DNA of 63,692 nucleotides, filler included, from Asterionella formosa (taxonomy: Eukaryota), in assembly GCA_002256025.1 (NCBI GenBank). It is 20 parts of 20 records of this genome, joined end to end, with 100 filler letters (N's around TTAATTAATTAA, not from the genome) between each part and the next. Parts side by side here need not be neighbours in the genome. Positions count along the whole stretch, not along the records: positions 13,057 to 41,366 come from NKIB01001251.1; 19 more parts are not named here. One strand, given 5' to 3'. The notes under the pieces are model-generated. The model saw only the letters and a list, made by a program, of their open reading frames with translations. It was not told the DNA's origin and searched no databases. A program made the translations under genes and the position numbers. Positions 13,057-24,771 of this stretch are shown in pieces; position 1 is the stretch's first letter; every line of letters begins with the position of its first letter.

Positions 13057-14305
13057 CGTTTGTCAAGTTTAGGTAAGTTAACATAACTGGCAAGAGATAA
13101 AAACAAATCATTGAAGATTGCTTCACTAATGAAATGAGTCATATCATTTTACGACAAAGAATCTATTGATTTTTCATCAAATGCCATAGATGGATCACTA
13201 CCAAGCGAACTGGGTCTATTGAAAAGTGTTGCATATTTGAATGTAAGCAATAATCAGCTTAGTGGACCAATTCCAATGGAGCTTGGACAGTTGACCAACA
13301 TTGCAACATTGTCATTGTATAAAAACAAGTTGACAGGAACACTTCCACCAGAAATTGGCCAATGGGCTAACCTTGTTGTTAAATTGTTTATACAAAATAA
13401 TATATTACAGGGACCACTTCCGACAGAGATTGGATTGTTGACAAAACTATCAGCATTGAATATCAGCTATAATGACTTCACTGGTCCACTTCCGTCAGAG
13501 ATTGGATTGTTGACAAAACTATCAGCATTGTATATCAAAGATAACGACTTCACTGGTCCACTTCCTTCAGAAATTGGCTATTTGACAAGCATTGCAGATT
13601 TTCAAGCAAACACAAACCATTTCAATGGGACACTTCCTACAGAGATTGGATACATGAGAGGTCTAACAACATTGTATGTACAGGAAAACCAGTTGCCTGG
13701 TCCACTTCCATCAGAAATTGGCTATTTGACAAGCATTGCAGATTTTATAGCAAAAACAAACCAGTTCAATGGAACACTGCCTACAGAGATTGGATTCTTG
13801 ACAAGTCTAACATTATTTCATCTATTTCATAATCAATTGACTGGTGCAATTCCAACAGAAATTGGCAATTTGACAAGCATTGCAGATTTTCAAGCAAGCA
13901 CAAATCATTTCAATGGGACACTTCCAACAGAGATTGGATTCTTGACAAGTCTGACAGTATTACTTCTTTGGGAAAACAAGATGACTGGTGTACTTCCGGC
14001 AGAAATTGGCAATTTGACAATTCTCAGTGATTTTACGATTTTTTCCAATTTGTTTACTGGTGCAATTCCTACAGAAATTGGTCTTATGACTTCATTGAGT
14101 AAGTTTTGTTTATTTAAAACTTACATTTCTTGACCATTTTTTCTAAAATTTCACTTTCTTGACAGACAAATTACATTTTGGAAAGAACAATTTTACAGGG
14201 CTAGTTCCAACAGAAGCATGTAATATTGCAAATATATATTTTTGCCCACCACTGATTTGCAACTGTGATAAGTACTGTATCACGTATAACTTTGATTGTG
14301 ATTAA
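13057..14305 (+). CDS. Leucine-rich repeat protein (24-aa plant-type LRRs), 5'-partial, two introns
   Basis: Repeated NxFTGxLPxEIGxLTxL units. Phase-1 GT-AG introns at 13073-13159 and 14099-14165 restore the frame (RLSSL-ESIDFSSN; MTSL-NKLHFGKNNFTGLVPTEAC). Cys-rich tail, TAA at 14303-14305. Confidence 0.9.
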
Positions 14306-14454
14306 TCATTTTTGCTCTCATGATTTGTGAACATGCATACTTATTTTCTTTCTTAAAGCTGCCAGAATACCCAAATACTAGTTAAATACCAAGTATCTGC
14401 TGGTATTGATTCGATTCATTTATATAACATTTTAAATATTAGCAAATCGTTTGT

Positions 14455-15549
14455 CTATTTTGTGTCATGGAATCTTGGCATAGCACTGTCTGGTGTTGGC
14501 ATGGGCAATTCATCAAAATAAATCGACTTGCTTGCCTGTTGAGCAGTCCATCGTTTACTGGGATCCCACTTCATTAAATTGGAGAATAACGTGAGACCGA
14601 CTGGTGATATTCCTAGAAAGCGATCCCACAGTTTTGCAGGTAGAATATATGGTAGGAAGTTCAATGGTCTCATTTGCAATCAAGGGTAGTTTAAAATACC
14701 TGGCCATATGGCGGCCTTATGTGGTGTGCGTAGTTTATTGAACAGTGTTCTGATCATTTCCATCTCTGTCTTGCATGTCCGAAGTGGCGTTCCCAATAGC
14801 AGTTCTCCCATGACACAGCCAGCTCCCCAAATGTCGATGGACTCATCATACCTGGAGGCACCCAACAGCAGCTCTGGTGGTCGATACCACAATGACATCA
14901 CCTTGGGGGTCAATGGTACTTTGTACTTGCGACTCAGTCCAAAGTCTGCCAATTTCAGCTCACCATTATATAACAAATTGGCGAGCTTTAAATCACGATG
15001 TAATATGTTACGAGCATGTATAAATTCCAGCGCTGAGAAGAGTTGCAACAAGAGACGCTTGACTTGAGGAAGGGAAAACGGTGACTTGCGATGTATCTGA
15101 TAGTGCTGATCAACTAGCTGAGCCAGATCATGAGGGCAGTAGTCAAACACGAGAAATACAACTGAGGATGATACTGCCACTGTTTGGAGTCGAATAATGT
15201 TTGGATGGATATGTTGGCTGCTCCGGAGCGTAGCAATCTCCCGAAGTGTAGTTAGCGGAAACCCTTCAGTGGCTTCCTGGTGAGGTAAACACCGTTTGAG
15301 GGCCACCAGCTGGTTTGTGTGTTTGTCTCGGGCCTTGTACACAATGCCGTACGTTCCTTCTCCAACGCGTCCAATCTTTTCGTATCGTTCTCCCACACTG
15401 GGACAACGACCATTGCTCCATTTCGGTTTGTTGTTTGTTGGTTTCAACGAGGTGTTCGACACGAAGCTTTCTCTTCTTCGTTTGCGATCAGCAATCTTCG
15501 TTTTGATCCCAGAAGCTTCATCGTTTGATTGAGAAGTCAGCACAGACAT
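14455..15549 (-). pseudogene. CDK10/CDK11-like cyclin-dependent kinase interrupted by an in-frame TGA (14680-14682)
   Basis: Motifs GEGTYGIVYKARD, VALK, GFPLTTLREI (PITSLRE/PISSLRE-like), HRDLK, ADFG, LWYRPPELLLG, DIWGAGC. Subdomain XI (WDPSKRWTA) lies beyond the stop. The start ATG at 15549 is a guess. Confidence 0.8.
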
Positions 15550-15726
15550 GGCTAGCAGTTTAATGCATTCCATTCCATAGGAATGTTCATGTGAATTGAG
15601 TAAGAATACCGCAGAGCTCCTTACCATCACTTTTCAGGAAAGAAAGGGATCAATGCATTGCAATATGGTAACTAATGGACTGGTGTATTGAATATTGAAT
15701 ACATTAGACTACCGAAACACGAAAAA

Positions 15727-15858
15727 TAAATCGTAATCGCTGTGTGAAGTCCGACATAGCGACTTACTTAAAGGTAAAGATGTATTAAAAGGATTAAGTG
15801 TAAAAAGAGTGAGCAAGATCGAGCACTCACTTCTTGCTTTCGCTATTGCTAACTAACA
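15727..15858 (-). repeat. 3' LTR of the CoDi element
   Basis: Diverged direct repeat of 19095-19231. Starts TGTT on the minus strand 2 nt after the purine tract GATAGAGTGGAAGTG (15875-15861) and ends ..GATTTA. Confidence 0.85.
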
Positions 15859-18800
15859 GACACTTCCACTCTATCGCCAATGCCTGCGTGATATAACGAC
15901 TAGTCAGTGCTGTACCGTATTGCTACGTATCGCTACATACTTTGCGCCAACCTTAATTGTTCAGTCCCCTCGAGCAAAATGGAGGTGACCAAGATGTTGC
16001 TTGCCACAAATCTATGACCTGGTTTTCAAAGCCACATGTCTTGCATGTCCAGGAGGTAACCAAGCATCTTATGACACATGATGAACCTATGCTGTGTTCA
16101 ATCTCAATACATGAATTGATCACATTAAAAATCTTTGGTTGCTTGTGCCAGTGGCTTAGTCAGCACATCAGCCAAGTTTGTCTTTCCATCCTCTTTTGTC
16201 ACTCTGATTGTGCCTGCTGCTACTGCCTCTCTTGAACGATGATAAGCAATTGAATTGTGTTTCTTCTTAAGCCTAGATTCCGGGAAAATAGTATTCTTGG
16301 TAACTGCCTCATCATTGTCACAAAAGACGTTGGTTGGCCCTTCTATTGGTATTCCAAACATTCTCAGTTTGTAGCGCAGAGCCTTCACTAACTCCACAGA
16401 GATCCTTATGGCAACAAACTCGCTTCCAAATGTCGATGTCTTGACCATATTTTGGCGTTTGCTGTACCACACTACTGGTGCCCTGTTAACAAAGAGTAGG
16501 ATACCGGTTTGTGAGCGTCTTGTTATACGATTACCTGCATGATCAGCATCAACAAAACAATGTGTTGACACCACATTTCCACGGGTTTCTGGCATGTCCC
16601 CTGGAATTGGCTCTTTTGCCCCTCAATAAAAATCATGCCAATCATCAACAACAGGGTGCTGGGGATCAAATGCCAACGTTCGCTTAGGTCTTGCTTTCAA
16701 GAATCCGAAGATATGATAAACCTGTTGAAGATGTCCTTCTCAAGGTAACGCAAGGTGAGAAGACAGTATTGACACTTCCGTTCTGTTGTGGGCGATGTGG
16801 TTTGCTGACATGGTGTTCAATGCCATATTTCCTTACAATCTGCATAAATTCAGCTTTAGGCCCAGTATGTTCGCTTGCGCCATCAGATGTCAGCTGGTCA
16901 GGAACTCTGTAATCGCGTACAAATTGTCGCAAAGCCTATCCAGCCATCGACTTTCGGTCCATTGGATATGCCTTCACAAAATATGACTCATTTGCAAATA
17001 TCTGTGCACAGGTGCTAGACCTTCATGAATGACCAGAATATAAACTTGGCCATTTTGCTGATCCATGTAAGATGTTGCTGCAGTTACGATGATTGGTATG
17101 TCACATTCAGGGTTATACGCTTCGGAATTGTATGGGGCCACATCAATACCTGACCAGTGTAGTGGAGCAGTACGAAATTTGATCCAAGTGCGCATGTGTC
17201 TGCATGGGAATCAAGTTCACAACGAGCTGTCTGGATATAAGTGTGATGAAGAGACAAGATAGTTCTAAGAATAGTTGGTGCAGCCCATCTCGTTGTTGAT
17301 TAATATGCTGCCAACGCACAAGACAGAGCCGCAAGTCATTCTGTTCTACTTCGTTTTGCGCTTTTCTTCCCTCCAAATGCATTTCCTGCTTGACTAGCAT
17401 TTGACTGCTTTGGTGTATCCTCTGCACCATTGTCTGCATTTGCCTTCTGAATTGAACTAATGATTGCCGTCGTTAGTTGCTTTGTAGTCAATTCAGATAT
17501 GGTTCGCTTGCTTCCACCTTGTTCTCCCTTCTTGTCGCGTTCTTTGTGAATCTTGTCACGCTCACCAAAAGATAGCGTCCTCCATTCCGCTGTAGAATAA
17601 TATCCAGTACTGGTTTTCTCTTGACTACTGTGTCCACTTCGCCTGTTTTGTCCTTGTCCATTTCCTCTTCCTCCTCGTCCACTGTTTCGCCCGCCACAAC
17701 CACCACCACGACCAATTTTTCTAGACAATTGATAATCCGGGGTCTGAGAAATCTCAGAGTTTAAATGGTTAGCAGCAACAGTAAAAGTGATCCCATCTGT
17801 ATTCAACTGATACCTTAGTTGTGCCACTGCTGCCGCTAATGCAGAATTCTGCACTTTGGTAAGAAGCTCATTGACACTGGCTCTCTCAGCTAATGGTTCA
17901 TTATCTTCCTCAAAAATGGTAAACATCCGCTGTAATGAATCTAGGAACTTGTTGAACGGTAAGGTTCGTTCAGTTTTGTAGTGCAAGGTATTTGGGATCC
18001 GCTTTGTATCAGCTATTCTCCTAGTGGAGGTTCCTTCACCAGCATAGTGACGACGCAAAGCAATCATGTCACGCCTGCCATCTTGGTACTTGGCAATGTT
18101 GCTTATCCAGTTCTCAGTGTTTTCTCCTTGCAAGAACCCAATAATAAGATTGTGCACTCGCCTTGTATTGGCTATGTAATACTGCCCATTAAGCAATGCT
18201 CAATTAATCATCCTTTCGTTGAATGTAGCATACTCTGTTCCTTGGGTGGGGTTCTCTAGCTCTTGCACAACATATGACAATGGAATATCATTTACCCCAG
18301 GAATGACCGATAGGTAGTTAATGAACGCCTTCTCCCATTCAGGCCATTTAAATTCATCCTTGAATTTTCCTGGATCAGCTGCCTTTGAGTTGGTGGTAAC
18401 CAATTCAATATCGGATTTACGAATTTGAGCCAAACTGAGGGCTGCATACATCGTTTCTTCATCAATATTTTCATGGTTTGGAATATGAATATTGCTTGCT
18501 CTATGACAGTCCTGTACCCAATGCATAACACCAGTCAGCTTCTTAGTGCGTCCTAGTCCAAAGACAATCCGTCCATTTGCCTGGGTACGCTTGCCAAACT
18601 CATCCGCCATATCACGGATATCCTTCTCCCAAAGGTAACGGAAATCTTCGAATCGGCCCAACCCTGCCTGCATGATGCTGGCCCTTTCGGCTTCTGATTC
18701 AAATCCAATCACCTGGAGTACTTTGTCAACGCCTATCAACATCATTGGTGAACCTTCATTCACAATCGGAGCAACTGCCACTTCGGCCATCTTGTTGTTC

Positions 18801-19081
18801 TGTTCTGTGCACGAATAAAATGTTAGTACGTGAGGGGCTTCACTTTTTGCTAATGCCTGATGAGATGATCAGTCTCATTTTGGCCGCTCGCTGCGCTAGG
18901 GATTGAGAAGGATTCCGTCTCTTTATCCGGTTGTCATGCTGTGCTTCCAGAGCCCGAATCCAGCCATCGCTGGTGTATCTGGAAATATCGTCACTTTGAC
19001 AACATCGCATTCACTATTCGATTCCTTTTTTTCCCGCTTAATTATCCTCTTTCCTCTAGCATCTCTCTCGCTTTTTATGAT

Positions 19082-19094
19082 GGGTCTTATAAAC
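19082..19094 (-). promoter_or_regulatory. Putative primer-binding site GTTTATAAGACCC
   Basis: Directly follows the 5' LTR at the point where LTR-LTR similarity ends. Resembles the copia-type GGTTATGGGCCC PBS. Confidence 0.6.
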
Positions 19095-19231
19095 TAAATC
19101 ATAATCGCTGTGTGAAGTCCGACATAGTGACTTACTTAGATAAAGATGTATTAAATGGATTTATTGTAAAAAGAGTGAGCAAGAACGAGCACTCACTTCT
19201 TGCTTTCGCTAGCAGCAAATTCAGCACAACA
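19095..19231 (-). repeat. 5' LTR of the CoDi element
   Basis: Repeat of 15727-15858. Outer boundary uncertain by ~8 bp. No target-site duplication found. Confidence 0.8.
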
Positions 19232-20600
19232 TTTGTTTTTCGCTTAAATGGATTCCTCTGTTGTCGCATAAGTTGTTATAAGTTGTTAGTTATATTTTCA
19301 AAACCAAGAAATTATGCTGTGAACAAGTAAGTGATGTATTGCCATACATCAGTCTTACTATGGATGTTTTGTTACTGAAAGGATGTCACTTACCCCTATT
19401 TTTGCATTTCCTAAACTGAAAGGATGTCACTTACACCTATTTTTGCATTTCCTAAAAATGTTATAAAACACCCGGCCATATCTGCAAGTTGCAACTCCTA
19501 AGGCATATCGGATGTGAATGCAGATTGGTTTGCTAACCGATGTATCTCCCGGTCATTTCAACTAAAGCCGCAGTTAGGCAAAGAAGGCAGAGAGTGATCC
19601 TGAACTTTCAAACTATAAATGGAATTGATCATGTGATGCACAGTCAGGCAAAGAAGTATAGAGTGATCCTGAACTCTCAAACTATATATGGAATGGAAGT
19701 GATGCACAACTTCCGGATAATTATAGAATGGAACATACAAACAAAGCACGTTTAGAATATATCAACTCTACATTTGGAGGTATGTGCATTAATAAAATGC
19801 AAGAAAGACAAAATAAATTCAACAATCATTTTAAATCGATTTAAAGTAAGTCAATCGTGATGTTTTGTTCTACTGTTGTTCTAAACATTTTCTTGTCTTA
19901 GTTGGTGTTACAGAAGATTACTTAAACAAGCTTGGTCAGTCTGAGTTTATTGGTTGGGCATGCAAGTTGTATGCGTTTGCTCAAGCAAGTTTCATTGATA
20001 GAGCAAGCAATTCCTATCACCTATGGAATGATGTTCTTGCTCGAGTTAATTTTATAGGTAGGGTCAGCTGTGGCGATCCCTATCTTATAGGGGAAAAAAT
20101 AGGGGAAATTAAATTCCTTCTGAGTGATCGAGCTAAATGTGAATTACAATCAAGATTTGTTGGTCCGGTTATTAATGCTTCGACAGAAGCATTTTGTTTC
20201 CTTGTATTAAAAGGGAAATTCCGATTACAACCTGGATGGATTAATTATAATCATTCCTTTTATTTACCTCAAGACCAATTACCTCGTTTCTGGCAGGATG
20301 TTGATGATATCGGTGGGAAACCACTTTTAAAGAAAAGTATGAGAGAGCAAAGTTCAGTGTCAGGAGGTCTCACTGATCAATGGACTGATGTCTAATTGGA
20401 ATATTTTCAACAATTGTGGTGATCTTGCATAGGATAACCGATTGGTCAGTAAAGCACCTCCAAGTCACTTTCCAAACACATTTTTTCCCCCTGAAATCCC
20501 AGAAGAGCAAATGAAGAAATATGGTGGAGATGCACTTCGACAAGATGATCTTGCTGGTAGTAGCATCAATTTACGACATTGTGTTAATATTAATAATAAT
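19232..20600 (+). pseudogene. Accessory gene A of Plavaka-type elements, copy 1 (unknown function, 5'-truncated by the LTR)
   Basis: Protein-level similarity to 25300-26180 (DWFA..KPxLGKE..ESDPEL..IWNGSDAxLP..TNKAxLxYIxSTFGGMCI; FIxWAxxLYxFAQ). GTAAGT donors at 19327 and 19846. Confidence 0.65.
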
Positions 20601-20753
20601 CACTGATATAATTTATATTTACAGCTAGCTAATTTATATTTACATCTAGCTATCATCGTTCACAAGACATTTTTTGTTCCCACCCTATTGATATCCATAA
20701 ATGCCGTGCAGGTAGGGAAATATTGTAATTATCTTTTTTAATTGCTCCGGTAC

Positions 20754-22740
20754 CTACTTGGGCTTCACTGGTTTCCTAGATTGAATAGAACCTTCTTGCG
20801 GTTTTAAGGCAGGCACAACGAACGCAGCGGACAGAATGTTGTTAAACTCAACCACACTCAGTTCAGTTGTATGGTTGCATATAGTGTCACCTTTTGCAGA
20901 AAACATACGTTTATGAGCTTTCATTTCGGAGGAACTTTTCAAGGAACGTATAGAGGCTAAAAGAATGGTGGTATCGTTCGAGAAAATTACATTTCCCCAA
21001 AGAAATCATAATTTTCCAGGAACGGTATATGATTTTGACCCATCCCCTTCTCCCAGTTCACTTCAATCCAATCAAACCATTCCCGACCAGAGATCCCAGC
21101 TTTTGAATCGTTGTTCCATTTCGGATGACATCTCAAAATAGTGCTTTGTCCTGGAGCATTGGCATGAAAGTTGACATGGTAGTAAAAATCAATCCTAATT
21201 ACAGTCACGGATTTCCCTTCATTATCAATTACACTTTTCTCTCTTTCCACCACTGAATTGGTAATGCTTTCAACACGAATAGCACCGTGTCGAAAATCTG
21301 GATGAAATACGTGTGATAATGTTGTTCTCAACATTCCATGTGATGACAAAGGTTGTTGTAAATTTGTTAAAAGAAGACCAGAAATAGTCCATTGACCATT
21401 TATGGCTAGTGCAGAAAATTGAACTCTGGCAGGAAGTGATGGTAATTTTTTGGTAGTTCTTGCTTCCTTGTTAGAAGGGGAAGAAATGACTTTCATTTTG
21501 CATCCAAAGAGATAATTTCTAAGCCATCATTCAATAAATCCTTTTCGGAATAGTTATCAAATACAATTTCGCGTGCGAGGAAAAATTGTTTTGTTTCGTA
21601 GGATCGTATCAAAATATCATGCTTGAGACGATGAAGTTGTCCGTTTACGCGTTTACTGGGACGTTTCAATTTATCTTTCAAAAAAGATTCCTTCCAAATA
21701 GCCACCGAAAAAATTAAGAGGTGAACCAAAATTTTGAATCAAATGAGGATAATGTTTCATGCCATGGAACTTTGTCATTCTTAATCAAATTTGAGATGCC
21801 ATCTCCCTCTGAGGACCATCCAGTGTCTTTGTGACAGACATGAACCTTTTTCTTTTTTCTTTCAAAGTTATCACACAAGTTTCAGTTTATTGCGGAAGGA
21901 ATAAATTTTCATTGATGGAAATACCTAACCATAATAGCAATGTGAAGTCTTTTTCAAGGTCGGTGTTCTCAGGACCTAACATTCCTCCCATTGAGAAAAT
22001 TGTTAGCAAACATAGACCAGGGATTTCTTGGCCAGACATCTTGGATAATGCGGTCAATCCTGATCGATAAGATAGTCTTGGTATATTACAATCACTTTGT
22101 CTCTCCAGGTGGCTATTGATGTATCTAGCATTTTTTCAAATTGAAGTTTTGCAAACACATTTCTTGTACTAGAACATGTAGGTGGTCGTAACTTTTGCCA
22201 GTGAAGGTACTTTTGAAAATTGGTTTCGTATGTCAATACTTGTTATGGTGACATTCGTTTTTCTGGCCCGTTTTCTCAAACTTGGTTCTTGGTCAGGATC
22301 AGTCAGGTCTACTGGAGGAAAACCCGTCTTGTTCGCCTCAGAGTAGGTGTTTGGTACTTCTGGACAACTTTTTTTCATAAAAAAGGATTCCCAATCTTTA
22401 GGAATAGGTCGATAATTATATAATGATTCCAAAATGTACTTCAATAGGCCAAGTAAAAGTTGATGGAGCACCTCGAAAGGTGTTGCGCCAAATTCTCCTT
22501 CTGGATCACCGCCAAAGTAATGTGTCAATAATGCTGGGATGATTGGAATATGGGATATGACGCGGTACCACTCATTTCGTGTTGCGAACTTACCATCATT
22601 AGTCTGAGTCACACCAAAACATATTTGGTAATTTTCCATCTGGATAAGTTTCTTTATCCAAATATTGCTTCAGAAATTTATATGCATCGCCAACTTCACG
22701 CAGTTCACATCCTATATCCGGATTGTCAGCGTCTTCTGTA
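20754..22740 (-). pseudogene. Plavaka-type transposase, copy 1 (C-terminal part, frameshifted)
   Basis: GATPFEVLHQLLLG, SGLTALSKMSGQE, TKFHGMKHYPHLIQNFGSPLNF..LKRPSKR, LRCHPKW..WFDWIEVNW: motif order typical of Plavaka transposases. Cut at 22740 by the neighbouring TIR. Confidence 0.8.
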
Positions 22741-22763
22741 CGTCTGCAAATAAAAAGTATCAT
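22741..22763 (+). repeat. Left TIR CGTCTGCAAATAAAAAGTATCAT
   Basis: Inverted match to 32755-32777 and 37923-37945. Confidence 0.8.
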
Positions 22764-24468
22764 GCATATAGGATCAAGGGTATTGTACGCTAAGTGGCAC
22801 AAGATTTTCGTAAAAAAGATAATTTTTGGATCAAAAATATGATCAAGGTATCTTGTAACTATGATGATTTATTAATATTTTACCGACCTTGAAGTATAAT
22901 GATAATAAGAACATTATCATCACACAATGTATATAAACTGATCAACAACATTTCCCATCAATATCATAAACCTTCTCATATTATTTTTACTTCTCGTGAT
23001 CGCCCGATGTAAATTATAACTTTAACGTATGCTAAAACCAGCTCAACTCTATGCTATGATATGAATTGTTTCATCGTAAATCTATCGTAAACATGATCAT
23101 AATTCTAATCACAAGCATTGTTCAAAATAGATTGAAATGGATCATAATTTAACTATCAAATTAAGCAATGCTATCTATTATTCTACATGCCAGCGACCCA
23201 ACGTTTCTCTCTCTACTTGGCTCAATGTATATTGTTCCTGTCTCACCCTTTTCTTCCTCTTTTCTGAATCTTGTGCCAAGCAATGCCTTACTAATGTTGT
23301 GTCTCTCTCCCTGCTGTTAGTGTCATTGTGAACTCGCCGGCTATTCCGTTTGATCAGTTTTATTGTCCTATGCATGCAGTTACAGTAACAATGAGAAGGA
23401 ATGATTTGTTAGCTAGTCATGTTACATTGACACAAGAACACGCCATTCCATTGTATCCTCTTGCTTGCTTCACTTACCACAGCCAAATCAATGCAACTGA
23501 TGCATAAGTCTGTAATAGTAACTTGTCAGTAAATTCTTGAATAAGTAAGTTTTGGGTATCCAATGTTGTGGAATAAAACTTACCGGTTCATTTTTGTCAG
23601 CTTAACTTTGAGAGAAGGTAAACGATTTGTCAGTTTTGATCCAGCAGAAGTGAATAAGTCCAACGAGCGACAAGAGCACTTACGCAATTTGGTTTTGTTT
23701 TGTTTTACATTGGTGCTCCCCAACAAGCGAAACGAGCTGTTGAATCAACTGAGAAAAAAGGAAATGTGGCTGCGTTTAGTTAACAATTTGTTGTTGTCCT
23801 GCCTGTCTCCCAACGATTGTCATCCAAGTACCACATTGATGGCTTCATTATATTACCTTAAACATTCTCCATCCTTCGAAGGCGCAATGTGTCGAAGTCA
23901 CAATGTTTTTCGTTATGTATTGCAAAAAATTCCTTTTCTTGTCATGTGCTTTACTACGACGTATCTTTTCATGAAGCAGCAGGCGTTGTTTGTTAACATG
24001 ACAGAATGATTTCAAAAATATATATGCCATGAATATAGTAATAAAATTTGTAAATATATATACATAATACATTTATAAAATTCAAAGGCGCTCTCGATAT
24101 GGAACATCTGATATGGTTGAAATGATCATACTCGCATATACATAATTCAAAAATACTCAATGCACTATTTGTCCATTGTTTTCCACGACTATGTGTACCG
24201 GTATTATTTCTGAAATTTGTTTGCATCGATATTTTCTACGTCCGTTGAAATTATTTATTTAGACCATTCAATTGGTGTAAGTCATAACCGACAGGGTTTT
24301 TTCCTGGTAGCAAATTGTTTAAGCCCCTTTTTTGGGCGGGAGCTCTTCATGTGTACCTGTACATCATAAACTATGACAATAACAATAAATCATATATAGT
24401 ATATACAGAGTACCAGTAACAGGTAGTAAGTGATATACTGGGGGTAGTTGGAGTAGTATACTAGCAAC

Positions 24469-24715
24469 AGAACACCATATGTTCAGTACTGTTGCTACTG
24501 CAGCGGGACAGTAAATCATCACAATCGTATGATTTTTAAACCAAAAACTATTAGAACACCATATGTTCAGGACTGTTGCTACTGCAGTGGGACAGTAAAT
24601 CATCATAGTTTTAGGATCGTATGTATGTAAAACTAAAAACCAATAGTCGGAGTAATAAGCAAGCAACAGAACACCATATGTCTATGACTGCTGTTACTGC
24701 AGCGGGACAGTAAAT
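24469..24715 (+). repeat. Three copies of a ~48-bp motif AGAACACCATATG..ACTGCAGYGGGACAGTAAAT
   Basis: Copies start near 24469, 24553 and 24668. A single copy lies at ~8345-8392 in the homologous contig. Confidence 0.85.
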
Positions 24716-24771
24716 GAATTTAAGATCATCGAACTTTAAGGAAGACAACGACAACAGTTATCAAGTAATAC

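Larger units (their letters stand above)
15727..19231 (-). mobile_element. Internally deleted diatom CoDi-type Ty1/copia LTR retrotransposon
   Basis: gag 18790-17336 (disrupted at ~18200), protease ELDSHADTC at ~17190-17220, integrase fragment 16684-16932 (LTSDGASE..PHRPQQN), RNase H 16125-16595 (FVDADHAG..RRSQTG..FGSEF..CDN..NLADVLTKPL). RT almost entirely missing. Bounded by related LTRs. Confidence 0.92.

Noticed and set aside
14680..14682. Stop-codon reassignment or selenocysteine in the kinase
   Set aside because: Single case, better explained by frameshifts; TGA terminates the SNF2 gene normally at 59010-59012.
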